A stretch of DNA of 62,161 nucleotides, filler included, from Globobulimina sp. (Eukaryota), in NCBI GenBank assembly GCA_003354225.1. It is 25 parts of 25 records of this genome, joined end to end, with 100 filler letters (N's around TTAATTAATTAA, not from the genome) between each part and the next. Parts side by side here need not be neighbours in the genome. Positions count along the whole stretch, not along the records: positions 39,863 to 42,251 come from PIVH01006962.1; positions 42,352 to 44,740 come from PIVH01006963.1; positions 44,841 to 47,229 come from PIVH01006964.1; positions 47,330 to 49,718 come from PIVH01006965.1; positions 49,819 to 52,207 come from PIVH01006966.1; 20 more parts are not named here. One strand, given 5' to 3'. Both the position numbers and the translations under genes were made by a program. Numbering within the stretch: the stretch's first letter is position 1; every line of letters begins with the position of its first letter. Below the pieces are notes generated by a model that was given only the letters and a program-made list of their open reading frames with translations, searched no databases and was not told where the DNA came from. Shown here piece after piece: positions 39,998 through 50,670 of this stretch.

Positions 39998-41495
39998 AAG
40001 GTTGGTTATCAAACAGATTTGGTGGTAAATTGATATTTGGAATTGGTGTATTAGCCACATCAATATTGACTTTTATTTTACCGGTAGCTACGTCTGGAAA
40101 ATTGACAAATGATAATACATTGTCTTGTTATTGTGGACGTGAATCAAAATGGTGTTTTAATAAAGGAAATTTCACAAATAATTCTAAAACATGCGCTCCT
40201 ATAATCGTTTCTGGCGAATTGTGTAATGCTGATTCATTTCTTTGGTTGTTAATAACATTAAGAATATTAATGGGCGTATTTGAAAGCGTAACCTTTCCCG
40301 CTTTATTTGCTGTGCTAAATTATTGGACCACAGACTCAGAGAGATCCAGAATGATTGGCATCTCCTTTGCTGGTATGTACATCGGTAATGCCTTAGGCTT
40401 TCCTCTCAGTTCATTTATTATTGCGTCTGATAATGCTTTTTTTGGAGGATGGCCGAATGTATTTTATTGTTTCAGTATACTGGGCATATTATGGTGGTTC
40501 TTTTGGACTATATTTGTAGCAGACTCACCTTTTAACGATAGCTATATCTCTGGGAAAGAATTGAAATATTTGCGTTCTGAATTACCATCTGCTTTAACCA
40601 AGAAATATAAAAATAGTCATCAATATGACGATGAATTTGAGGATAATGTAGATGACAATGAAATAAATTGGAAAGCTTTTTTAACTCATCCTTCTGCGTT
40701 GGTTTTATATGTTACACATTTTTCATATAATTGGAGTTTTTATACTCTGTTGGTAGAATTGCCAACATATTTGGATGATGAATTGAATTTTGATTTAAGC
40801 ACAGCCGGATTTGCTTCCGTTTTGCCATATTTGTCACAGTTTGCAGTATCAGCATTTGGTTCAGTATTAATTGATAAACTGATAATGTATAATGTATTAA
40901 GTACAATAAATGCAAGAAAGACAGCACAAACAATTGGTACAATAATTCCTGGTTTGCTGCTGGTTGCTTGCGGATATATAACAAATCCAACTATTGTTGT
41001 TATGCTACTATCCACAGCCACAGCTCTAATGGGAATGTCAAATTCTGGATTTGTAGCTAATTATGCTGATGTTGGTGATGTTTTATGTACTTTGTTGTTA
41101 TATATTTATAATTTGTGTTTTTGTTTTAGATCTCGCCAACTCTGTCCGGCGTGATGTTTGGCATTGGAAACACATGGGCCACTTTGCCAGGCGTGATATC
41201 CCCAATATTATCTGGATGGATCTTAACAGGAAAGAACAAGAAATCTGAATGGAAAGTTATATTTTATATTGCATTTGTTATATTTTGCATCGGCACGTCT
41301 GCCTTTTGGAAGTGGGGAACTTCGGAAAAGATTGATTTATTGAATAAAAAAGAAACACCGCAAGTTGTTAATGTTGATGGAGTTGATGCAAAATACGAAT
41401 ATTCAACATCAAAATCCAATGTAACATCATTGAAAGTTCGTGATTTTAACCAACAAAGTGAACAAACACAAACAAGAGTATTAAAAGTTGCATAA
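39998..41495 (+). CDS. SLC17/sialin-like MFS anion transporter; intron ~41073-41129; 5'-partial
   Basis: RILMGVFESVTFPA, W...ERSR, GWPNVFY, NWSFYTLL.ELPTY, RK, N.WATLPG, W..IFYI. Confidence 0.9.
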
Positions 41496-42351
41496 ATTAA
41501 CTTAAATTCTTATCTTCATACAAAATGAAAACAAACCAATCACAAAGCCGTGACAAAGGCCTCTAAGATAACTTATAAGACACCTAGTATCTGCATCACA
41601 AAAACTTTTACACATCCACTCAAAAATGGTGATAACGAGCAAAAATTAAAGTTGTCAGGATGCATGATGAAAGGAGTTATTTCCCAACCCTTCAGGAAAT
41701 CTTATACCAAAAAATCATTGTAATTTTTGTTATAGCTAAATTGCTATATAAAAATAACAGTTTGTCTTTGCATTAGTTTGCTAAGCATCCAAACATTAAC
41801 TAATTAACTAGCATTTCCAGATCCAGTCCGTTATTGCTGTTTCCAGATTCTGTACATATGTCCGGATTATCATAAACAAAATAAAAATTAAAATAACAAA
41901 TTGAACTCTATCTGCAGGGTTTATCCACTGCAGTTACAAAAATAAAACAATTTAACAAACAAACAAAAAAAAGCAAATAACCAAAAAAACAAATTGGGTA
42001 CGTAAAATGTCATTATTTCATGGCTGTCCAGAGTAATATTAATATGTCAACATCAAATTGTGGCACACATCAATATGACAGAGAATATTCGAAAACAATT
42101 CTACAAAATAAAAAAATACACAATGAGTTAGATCTTGACAATACGTTTGTTGTACACAAAAAAAAACAAAAATAAAAACAAATATTAATTGAACATGATC
42201 CCGGAAAGAACACACAAATATCTTTGAAAAAAAAGAAAAAAACATAATTATNNNNNNNNNNNNNNNNNNNNNNNNNNNNNNNNNNNNNNNNNNNNTTAAT
42301 TAATTAANNNNNNNNNNNNNNNNNNNNNNNNNNNNNNNNNNNNNNNNNNNN

Positions 42352-43003
42352 CAATTTGCCAGACATCACATTGTTTTTATTGGCTTCGGGCGCTGATGCA
42401 AACTGTAACAATTATCAGTTGTCAGATAGCTCCAACTCGCCAGCACAAATCAGCGCATCTTGGCAGCATTTGAAAGTTTTATATTATTTAATTATTTACG
42501 GCGCCAATTATAATTATTATAATATACATCTACGATCTGTCAAACAGTACGCAAAGGATAACCATTTGATTAATATGATTGTGCAAAAAGCATTGAATCA
42601 AAGGATATTGAGGAATAAAAATATATTTGCTACGTTGAATAAGATGTTGTTGCATCCCGTTGAATATATTTATTTTACGACGGAAACGGAAACGCGTTCG
42701 ATTGCGACATGTCATTCGATTGCGATTGGATCGAATCAAGATTTTCAGTTTTTAAATGATGAAAATATGATTAATTTTAATATAAATTTTGGGGATAATG
42801 ACCATATTCATAATCAAATCAAATTGAATATCAATAAGTCGAGGCAGTTTTTGAAGAAGAATAAACACAGAAATCACATAATCAATCATCGACATAGTGA
42901 GATCGATACTTGTTTGTTGTATAACCATCACAATCATTGCAGTGATAAAGTTTATTTGATAAAAGATATCGTTTCTATCATTTATTCCATGATAATTGTC
43001 TGA
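42352..43003 (+). CDS. Ankyrin-repeat protein, C-terminal part
   Basis: FLLASGADAN, SPAQISA..HL.VL.YLI.YGAN. Confidence 0.7.
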
Positions 43004-43196
43004 AATATTCATGGTTTGTTTTAATAATTGTGTCTTTTTTTTCCCTTTTAATTCATTTTCGCTTTTTAATCGATCAATTATCTGTGAAATGTATGTGTTC
43101 CTACCCCCTACAGACACACTGAAGTGTTTCGGGTTTGTGTGGTAATTTCGTTTTTGCTAATTTTATATATTACTAACTTAGCTTCGTTATCAGACC

Positions 43197-44740
43197 ATGG
43201 CGGATGAAACAAGACTCAAACTTATTAACGAAATCGAAGTGGAAGAAAGACTGCCTTTGGATAATATCGAACTTGTCAACTCCTCAGCACCGCCACTTAA
43301 AATAGCACTCAGTCCAATATCAATCACAACGCCCGAGGACTCCACATCCGAGGATGGCAGAGATAATCCCTCAAAATTCGCATCAGCCTCTGATTTTCAA
43401 ATATTTACTCGACAAATCTCCTCTCAAGTGCCATTACACCGAGTTTAACATTGCCTATATACACTCAACCAAACACATTCCATTCACCACATACACAGTT
43501 AGTCGCAATCAAACGCATGGTCAAATCGTGCAAATTATGGAGCCAAGACGCAGTGTTATCGGCATTGCCGACCATCAAACAGCTCTCCACCGACAAAGAG
43601 ATGGTTATCCGTCAAGCCACTGCAGACAGCTTAGGTCCTTTAGCAAAATACTTATTCGACACTAGAAAGCAGGACAAAGCACACCATATCATCATAAACG
43701 AGCTCTTGCCATTACTCTCCGAACTGTTGAAAGACTCTTTAGAAGTACGACACTGCGCCACTGTCTCACTAACCATCATCGCCGAGCTCTTAACCACGCA
43801 GCAAATACACCAACATATCATACAAATATTCTCCAACATGGCCCACGACGACAACCACGACCACAAAATAACTGCTTTGCACATATTAGGCGACTTAGCG
43901 CCGATCCTCAAAGCGGACGGTTGCAAGCGCCATTTGCCAGAACTTATTAAGTTATCCAAAGACTACTCCTTTCGCGTCAAAAAAACCTCAGTGCAGCAAT
44001 ATGGCGTTATATGCAAACAATTGACCTCCGCTGACACAGAGAAGCATTTACTGCCAGTTTTCCTGAACTTATGCGACGACTCCATATGGAGTGTGCGGAA
44101 AGAATGCGCGGAGGCCATCCTTGACGTTTCTGTGGCCGTTTCGCCGGCGCAGAGAACCAAGTTAGTGGCGATTATGGAGCGATTCCTCAACGATTCGAGT
44201 CGTTGGGTCCGCAACAGTGCCTATCAGGTTTTGGGTCGCTTCCTATCGAGCTTGGAGTCGGCGCAGATCACTCGCGAGTTTTTGAAGTACTTCACCTCCA
44301 TTCCACTGCTGTCGTCGGTGACTGCCAATGCCGACTGCACCAACCACTGCGCATACAACTTCCCGGCGGTTGTGATGACAGTGGGTAAGGAGCGGTGGAC
44401 TGAGTTGAATGACACCTTTGTGATTCTGTGCAAAAAGAATATTAACAGCCGGAGGACATTGGCCTGCGCTATGCACGAAATTGCTGCCATTTTGGGCGCC
44501 GCGTTGACTGAGGAATACTTGTCAGAGAGCATTGAGTTCTTCTTCCAGGACGTGGACGATATTCGACAGGGAATTATTGCCAATTTGTGCAAGATTCTGC
44601 GCGTTTTTAGCATGGAAACGCGGATCGAATACACGTCGACGTTATGGAAGTTGGCGTCGGAGCCGGACACAAATTGGAGGTTTCGGCTGTTTTTGTCGCA
44701 GCAGTTGGGAGAGATATTGCCGTTGTATCATATACAAGTT
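43197..44740 (+). CDS. PPP4R1: PP4 regulatory subunit 1 / PP2A-A-like HEAT-repeat protein; intron 43443-43498; 3'-partial
   Basis: HEAT repeats D..WSVRKECAE, DSSRWVR, HCAYNFPAV, RRTLA..MHEIA, NWRFR. Confidence 0.8.
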
Positions 44741-46102
44741 NNNNNNNNNNNNNNNNNNNNNNNNNNNNNNNNNNNNNNNNNNNNTTAATTAATTAANNNN
44801 NNNNNNNNNNNNNNNNNNNNNNNNNNNNNNNNNNNNNNNNGGTTATCTTTTGAAATATATCGTTTAGGTAAAATCAAATAATGTATGACTAAAGTTACCT
44901 TAAAAACCATCACTTGAGCCATCATCTTGAACCACCATCTTTGGCAATCGCTCTATGATATATCTAATATGATCACCGCTTGCGCCTCTAGGAAGCCTTT
45001 AAAATCGCATAATAGTTTCGTACCAACCTCTAAATGTCGTTGGCACTTCTTTCGTCAGCTTTTAGTGTATCGATAAATGCAGCCACTCCAACAAACATAT
45101 TAATGTTATAACCAATAAAACATAGTAAAATTAGGCATGTTATAACCAATAATAGGCATATATTTGGCTCTTGTGGTTTGCTAATATTTGATTGATATCC
45201 TTCAAAACAATGGATTTTGTATCATTTTGTTAATCACCAATTAATTCTTCTTCAACTTCAATATATGGTTCATTTTTGTTTTTGGCACAATACTCAATTA
45301 ATTTAAATATCGCAAAGAATATGACATAAATAATGATCACAAAATAACCAGAATAAGCAATCAGCTCAGACGGGGGAGACGTTGATAGCATGCAAAGCTG
45401 AGTAGTACTCGACCTTATTTATTAATTTGAATCCAAAGAACTTTGAACAGTTATGATGCTACAATTGTACAGTTGATTTTCTTTTAGAAGAAAGTTTTTG
45501 TATTGTCACTAATTCAATGTTTGTTCGATTTGCTTCCTGACTTCTTCCTATATATGTATCCAACTACGATCATCACAAATAATATAGTTCCAAATAATAA
45601 AAGTCTTTGTTCTGATCCTGATCCATTGTTTGCAGTGTCATTATCATTATTATTACGTTTTATAGTTACATTTTGATCATTTAACTGCAGTTCTTTTTCT
45701 TTATTTTCTACAATATCATCCCCACCATTTGATATTATAACATTATCAGTAAACTCTGCTTAATTCAGATTTATCAATGACAGTTGTTTGAGTTATACAT
45801 ATATGGTCAGAAACAGTTTTATCGTTTTCAACATTTTCCTTGCCTTCCAATGAGACTTGTATTGGACTGAACATTTCATTTGATTTTTGCCGGGTGTGGT
45901 TATTGTGTTTTTCCTCAAACATATTCAGATATCTTCTTGTGACTCGTAACGAAGCGGGCTTGGTGATACATTACATTTTTATTTGAATGAAGACATTCTA
46001 ACAAGATCAAGTTCTGATTCTTTCTCCTCTGCCATGCTGTTGTAATAATAATAAAGTTTTTTAACAGTGCTGTGCTTGACATAATACCTGCCTGTTCTGA
46101 AA

Positions 46103-47047
46103 ATGGGAGAAACCATTTCTGCAGACAACTGCTGTACGGCTGCTTATAACGATAAACAAAAAGAAGCAGCAAAAAGACAAATATTATTGGAGCAAACCGA
46201 GGAAGCAAATAAAGTACATCGTGTATCGTACGAAGACTTGAATATGATACCAAATATTACCCCAAAGACAATCTTACAACATTTGCCATGTAATAAATTC
46301 AAGAAACCAAGTTGGCAGAAGCCGCCATGTGTAATCTTAGCATGCGGATCATTCTCACCTCCAACCTATCTCCATTTACGTATCATGGAAGAGGCAAAAG
46401 ATTGTTTGGAGAAAGATTTCGAAGTAATTGGTGGTATAATCTCGCCGGTAAACGATGAGTATGGGCGCCAATTAAAAGCTTCATTATGTGCAGCAACTGG
46501 AAAACATCGGATTGCAATGACTCAGTTAGCGACACAAACATCGGAATGGATCGGGGTTTCAGACTTTGAAGTATCGCTTGATAAATGGACGCGGGTTGCT
46601 GTGGTATTGGAGGCATATGGCAAAGCTATAAATTATTATTATAATCAACAGGAACTACAGAATGACAATGACAATGACAATGGCATGGATAGTGAGGAAA
46701 AGCAAAGCAATGAGAAACAGGTGCATTTGAAATTTTTGTGTGGATCGGATTTATTGAAAAGTATGCAAACACCAAATTTGTGGAGGATGGATCATCAGGA
46801 AATTATATTAGGGCAATATGGCACAGCTGTTGTTGAAAGGGTTGGTTATGAACTAACGGATGAGTTTTTTGACGGATATGAAATGTTTAAAAAATATAAA
46901 AAACAAATACATACATTTTTGCCTGCCGTAGAAAATAAAATAAGTAGCACCAAAGTTAGACAACAACTGAAAAAGAAGCAATCTGTCAAATATTTGACAC
47001 CAGACTCTGTCATTCAATATATACACAAAGAAAGATTGTATGAATGA
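46103..47047 (+). CDS. NMNAT: Nicotinamide mononucleotide adenylyltransferase
   Basis: ACGSFSPPTYLHLR, SPVNDEY, HRIAM, CGSDLL, ISSTKVR, SVKYLTP.SVI.YI. Confidence 0.95.
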   Translation: MGETISADNCCTAAYNDKQKEAAKRQILLEQTEEANKVHRVSYEDLNMIPNITPKTILQHLPCNKFKKPSWQKPPCVILACGSFSPPTYLHLRIMEEAKDCLEKDFEVIGGIISPVNDEYGRQLKASLCAATGKHRIAMTQLATQTSEWIGVSDFEVSLDKWTRVAVVLEAYGKAINYYYNQQELQNDNDNDNGMDSEEKQSNEKQVHLKFLCGSDLLKSMQTPNLWRMDHQEIILGQYGTAVVERVGYELTDEFFDGYEMFKKYKKQIHTFLPAVENKISSTKVRQQLKKKQSVKYLTPDSVIQYIHKERLYE

Positions 47048-47329
47048 ATAAAATGATTATTGAACAGGACCTGTTTGAAACACTTTTCTTTTGAAATTGT
47101 ATACATTATCCTTGCACTGCATGTAAATCTCCATCGGATTTGTAATTGTTCAAACACGCGGTGTTTCCAAAAGGTAGTATTCTAAAGTAGCTAGAAATAC
47201 GCAGCTGATTAAATATTAAAATATAGCAGNNNNNNNNNNNNNNNNNNNNNNNNNNNNNNNNNNNNNNNNNNNNTTAATTAATTAANNNNNNNNNNNNNNN
47301 NNNNNNNNNNNNNNNNNNNNNNNNNNNNN

Positions 47330-47617
47330 GCAACAAACTTTTTTAGTACTAGGGGAAACCATGATATAATGAAACATTTATTAGTTGGTAAGAGGCATAC
47401 TAATAACATTATAATTCTTAATTTTCATTCAATAAGACAGATACCAAGGGATATTTTTGATCTTGTAAATTATGTGAATATTTACAAAACTCTCGATAAT
47501 GAGAATTTGGTAAAAGCTAAGTACGATCAAGAAAGTTTTATAAAACGATGGAACCAAGTCATGGATAGTGATAATCCACACAAGCATTATCTTTACGATA
47601 TTTATTTTCCCAAATAA
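47330..47617 (+). CDS. FtsK/HerA-superfamily (A32/P9-like) genome-packaging ATPase, C-terminal part
   Basis: Open from the contig edge: ATNFFSTRG...LLVGKRHTNNIIILNFHSIRQIPRDIFDLVNYVNIYKT, containing the Arg-finger RH, sensor strand and IP..I...N motif. Confidence 0.7.
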   Translation, partial: ATNFFSTRGNHDIMKHLLVGKRHTNNIIILNFHSIRQIPRDIFDLVNYVNIYKTLDNENLVKAKYDQESFIKRWNQVMDSDNPHKHYLYDIYFPK

Positions 47618-47645
47618 AAAACCCGCTATATGCGGGTTTATTTTT
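47618..47645. terminator. Bidirectional rho-independent terminator
   Basis: AAACCCGC-TATAT-GCGGGTTT flanked by A and T tracts, between convergent stops at 47615-47617 and 47638-47640. Confidence 0.85.
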
Positions 47646-47802
47646 GTTTAAATTTCGTACACTCTTTAACGTCAACAGTTATTAATTTTGATACTATTGG
47701 ACATCTTAACTCTTCATTAAATATTATTGTTGATTCATCATCTATAGTTACAATCATTTCTTGCCTTATCTGACAATTTACACACTCTCTACATTTTGTC
47801 AT
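47638..47802 (-). CDS. 54-aa Cys-rich, putative Zn-binding viral protein (not in the ORF track)
   Basis: MTKCRECVNCQIRQEMIVTIDDESTIIFNEELRCPIVSKLITVDVKECTKFKQK; ATGA overlap with the upstream stop. Confidence 0.7.
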   Translation of the reverse strand: MTKCRECVNCQIRQEMIVTIDDESTIIFNEELRCPIVSKLITVDVKECTKFKQK

Positions 47803-48218
47803 ATTATACTATTTTCAAAAGTTATTAAATAACCTATACCATATATATAAGAAGTATTTGAAATTGTTTTCCAAGTTTTACAAAATCGGTTTGAGAAAGA
47901 TTTTGAAATTTCATAGAATGGGTCACCATTAGCACGAATAGATAAAAGTTCAGCCCTTATAATATATGTTCTCAACAATCCTTTACCCACATAAGTATCA
48001 ATAGAGAATTGACTTTGAAACAATTCATTTATACAAGTATAACCAAATTCACGAAAAAACAATATTTGATTTGCTTCGGTTGTGATGTCTGGTTGTGGTG
48101 TTTCTATTTGTTCAAAATGAAATGGATCGATTTTAATAATAGTACCGAATAATTGCTCAGCTCTTTTTTCAATAGTTACTCCAAACTGATCTATAATTTG
48201 TGAGAAGATCGGTATCAT
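47799..48218 (-). CDS. Viral hypothetical beta-rich protein, 139 aa
   Basis: ATGA overlaps at both ends; no introns. Confidence 0.7.
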   Translation of the reverse strand: MIPIFSQIIDQFGVTIEKRAEQLFGTIIKIDPFHFEQIETPQPDITTEANQILFFREFGYTCINELFQSQFSIDTYVGKGLLRTYIIRAELLSIRANGDPFYEISKSFSNRFCKTWKTISNTSYIYGIGYLITFENSII

Positions 48219-48625
48219 CTTATAGGTTTATTATATTTTATAATATATCCTATTGACATACTATTTATTGTATTTACAAAGGAAACAATTTTGGTACAGA
48301 AAAAATTATGTGCAGTCATATGACCATTAAAAATATTCACATCGACACTGTTAACGGCTGCAATACTAGGAATTAATAATGTTGAAGCTCCCGTATCATC
48401 ATCTGTAATATTAACATTTAATTGTGCAGGTGGATTAGTTGAAAACGATTGAAATAATGTAATAAAAAGAACCTCATCATTTTCAACTTGTGGTATTAAG
48501 TCAGTGATTAAATTACTAAAATGTATATATGGTTCTATAGATAATATTTCACCGCGTTCACTACCTATTTTATTTATATGTATTCCATACCTTTCATTAT
48601 AATTGTTAAAAATTGGTATACTCAT
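48215..48625 (-). CDS. Viral hypothetical beta-rich protein, 136 aa
   Basis: ATGA overlaps at both ends; termini resemble those of the neighbouring ORF. Confidence 0.7.
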   Translation of the reverse strand: MSIPIFNNYNERYGIHINKIGSERGEILSIEPYIHFSNLITDLIPQVENDEVLFITLFQSFSTNPPAQLNVNITDDDTGASTLLIPSIAAVNSVDVNIFNGHMTAHNFFCTKIVSFVNTINSMSIGYIIKYNKPIR

Positions 48626-48798
48626 TTCTTTTTATCCTTTCTTTTATCTCGTATTGTTATTATTGTTACTACTAAAATAGCTATTTGTACAGCAATTTTT
48701 AAAATCATTTCAACATTATCAAATGATAATAATTGAGGTATTTGATGTATTACCTCAACACCTAAAATTCCTGTTATGGATGATATAATATCTTTCAT
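48622..48798 (-). CDS. 58-aa holin-like or small virion membrane protein (not in the ORF track)
   Basis: MKDIISSITGILGVEVIHQIPQLLSFDNVEMILKIAVQIAILVVTIITIRDKRKDKKK; hydrophobic helix and basic tail, directly downstream of the lysozyme-like gene. Confidence 0.65.
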   Translation of the reverse strand: MKDIISSITGILGVEVIHQIPQLLSFDNVEMILKIAVQIAILVVTIITIRDKRKDKKK

Positions 48799-48811
48799 TC
48801 GTTATATTTGT

Positions 48812-49339
48812 TTATTCATAAATTTTATATGTTAGTCTTGGTATAATACTATCTAATCGAGATTTATATATTTTTTGTGCCTTGGGATCTTTGGAATACC
48901 ATCTTGAAAAATTACCATCATGCTTTCTAGAATATTTTAAAACAGTTGCCATACTTGCATATAACGAAGGGAATTTTAAAAAATATTTTTTAAATCCTGT
49001 TTCATTTTCTGTGAATGGAATATATCCAGTTGGTTTTAAACTTGGGTTATTTCTCCATACTTCATTATGCATTGTATACCATCCATAAGGGTATGAAGAA
49101 CCAAATTTTTCCATACCCGCTGATTTAGTACCTAAAAATTGTTTACTCTTAAAATGATTTGACTCAAGCCTAAAGAGTTGTTCTAAAATTTTACTCTCTT
49201 CTTTTGTCATTTTATATTCAGAATGTAATCTTTTTAAATTCTTTTCAAATTCTGATTTCATACTAGATGCGCTCACTTTCATGGTAATTGCAAATAGTAT
49301 GATAACCAAAACAACAAAAATTATTCTATATTTTTTCAT
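48812..49339 (-). CDS. N-terminally membrane-anchored lysozyme-fold (GH73/transglycosylase-like) peptidoglycan hydrolase
   Basis: TM IIFVVLVIILFAITM; helix ending in a putative catalytic Glu (LFRLESNHF); FLKFPSLYAS; C-terminal WYS.DP....Y. Confidence 0.55.
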   Translation of the reverse strand: MKKYRIIFVVLVIILFAITMKVSASSMKSEFEKNLKRLHSEYKMTKEESKILEQLFRLESNHFKSKQFLGTKSAGMEKFGSSYPYGWYTMHNEVWRNNPSLKPTGYIPFTENETGFKKYFLKFPSLYASMATVLKYSRKHDGNFSRWYSKDPKAQKIYKSRLDSIIPRLTYKIYE

Positions 49340-49713
49340 TCTAAAGTATTAAGTTTAGTGATTATTCTTACTAAATCTTTTTTATTAAATTCGGCTAAAA
49401 TGTCATCCACAAGATCTCTGTCTTCGTATCTAAAGTAAGCGTCTACAAGTTGCGAAAATTGTTGTTTATTGTCCAATGCTGCTAATGTTGTAAAAAATTT
49501 ATTTTCATTGGTTCCAGCCCAACGCATTGACTTTCTCATATCTAAAGATAACTTTTTTATATCAGCTTCATTTTTTAGGTTCTTCTTTCCTAAGAAATAA
49601 GTTTTATTTACAAATTTAATATTTTGTAGTGTTGTTGGTGCTGCATCGGCAATCTTCTTTGCTACCCTTTCTTCCTTATTTTTTATTAATCCTACTTTTT
49701 TTAATATTAATAT
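49336..49713 (-). CDS. Single annexin-repeat viral protein, probably 5'-partial
   Basis: MRWAGTNENKFFTTLAALDNKQQFSQLVDAYFRYEDRDLVDDILAEF fits the annexin repeat MxGxGTDE...I...Y...Y.+DL..DI.SE; the frame is open upstream to 49713. Confidence 0.65.
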   Translation of the reverse strand: MLILKKVGLIKNKEERVAKKIADAAPTTLQNIKFVNKTYFLGKKNLKNEADIKKLSLDMRKSMRWAGTNENKFFTTLAALDNKQQFSQLVDAYFRYEDRDLVDDILAEFNKKDLVRIITKLNTLE

Positions 49714-49818
49714 TTAAANNNNNNNNNNNNNNNNNNNNNNNNNNNNNNNNNNNNNNNNNNNNTTAATTAATTAANNNNNNNNNNNNNNNNNNNNNNNNNN
49801 NNNNNNNNNNNNNNNNNN

Positions 49819-50670
49819 CTGGTTGCAGCACAGTTATTAGACGAAAATAATATCGGTCCCGGAGCAGTTATAAAAGCACCCTTTTACCAATCAAATAGCT
49901 GGAAACACATTCGTTGCATAGGTGTTTTACTATGGCTTCCATTGACCATTCCATCCATTTTATTTTACCCATTTACATATTTATTACAACCATTGTTATA
50001 CTTTGGTTTTGCCGCATTTATTGCACCATTTTGTGCATCGTTGTTATTTTGGATCAGTTTCGTAATATATATGCTTGACTATGCATATTCGGACGACATT
50101 GAGTTGGCATTACGGCTTTTAATGTGTGTATCATTCATTGTTATTGCTATTTTATCCTTGATTCCATTCAACAAAAAGCAAATAAATTTACAACAAAATG
50201 AATTATGGCAATTATCTTTAGATTATAAATATAGATTACGTTTCCCATCACATTTTGTATCACTTTGGCTTTCTTCATTTGGTGTTAGTTTTGCTTTATT
50301 TATTTGGCCATTTTGGATTCTTTTTGAATGTAAATATTGTCTTCAAACAATAAAACAATTATGGATCAATGATAAAAATATTGCTTTCAATAACAAGAAA
50401 GCAGCCAAACCCTTTGCGTTTTGGCATATTCGCCGGTATAAAGTTTCTGAATTTGATTGTAAACGCATCTCAATGGCAATATCATTTGTGTTTACTTTGG
50501 TGTTTGCTCCAATCTTTGTGGTTGGATGGCTTTTAACTGGTTTTTCCAGACATATTTATGCCTTCAAACCCAAATTCTGGGTCATTGCATTCGTTATATC
50601 TGCTTTGTTTTGGTCCTCTCTCTTATATTCATTATGGAATACAGATTTAGCAGTATTCACTTGGCACTGA
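49819..50670 (+). CDS. Multi-pass membrane protein fragment ending at the inverted-repeat boundary
   Basis: Several hydrophobic helices; the TGA stop lies 10-12 nt inside the repeat arm. Confidence 0.55.
   Translation: MVAAQLLDENNIGPGAVIKAPFYQSNSWKHIRCIGVLLWLPLTIPSILFYPFTYLLQPLLYFGFAAFIAPFCASLLFWISFVIYMLDYAYSDDIELALRLLMCVSFIVIAILSLIPFNKKQINLQQNELWQLSLDYKYRLRFPSHFVSLWLSSFGVSFALFIWPFWILFECKYCLQTIKQLWINDKNIAFNNKKAAKPFAFWHIRRYKVSEFDCKRISMAISFVFTLVFAPIFVVGWLLTGFSRHIYAFKPKFWVIAFVISALFWSSLLYSLWNTDLAVFTWH

Larger units (their letters stand above)
47330..49718. mobile_element. Fragment of a small prokaryotic virus, probably a tailless double-jelly-roll phage
   Basis: Intronless and almost fully coding, with ATGA-coupled ORFs, an intrinsic terminator, and packaging ATPase, lysozyme-like and holin-like genes. 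Confidence 0.75.

Noticed and set aside
44841-45900. Possible minus-strand gene upstream of NMNAT
   Set aside because: Only short interrupted frames with no recognisable motif
46103-49718. NMNAT linked to the viral genes as an NAD-related defence or counter-defence locus
   Set aside because: They lie on different contigs separated by a spacer, and the NMNAT is eukaryotic-type
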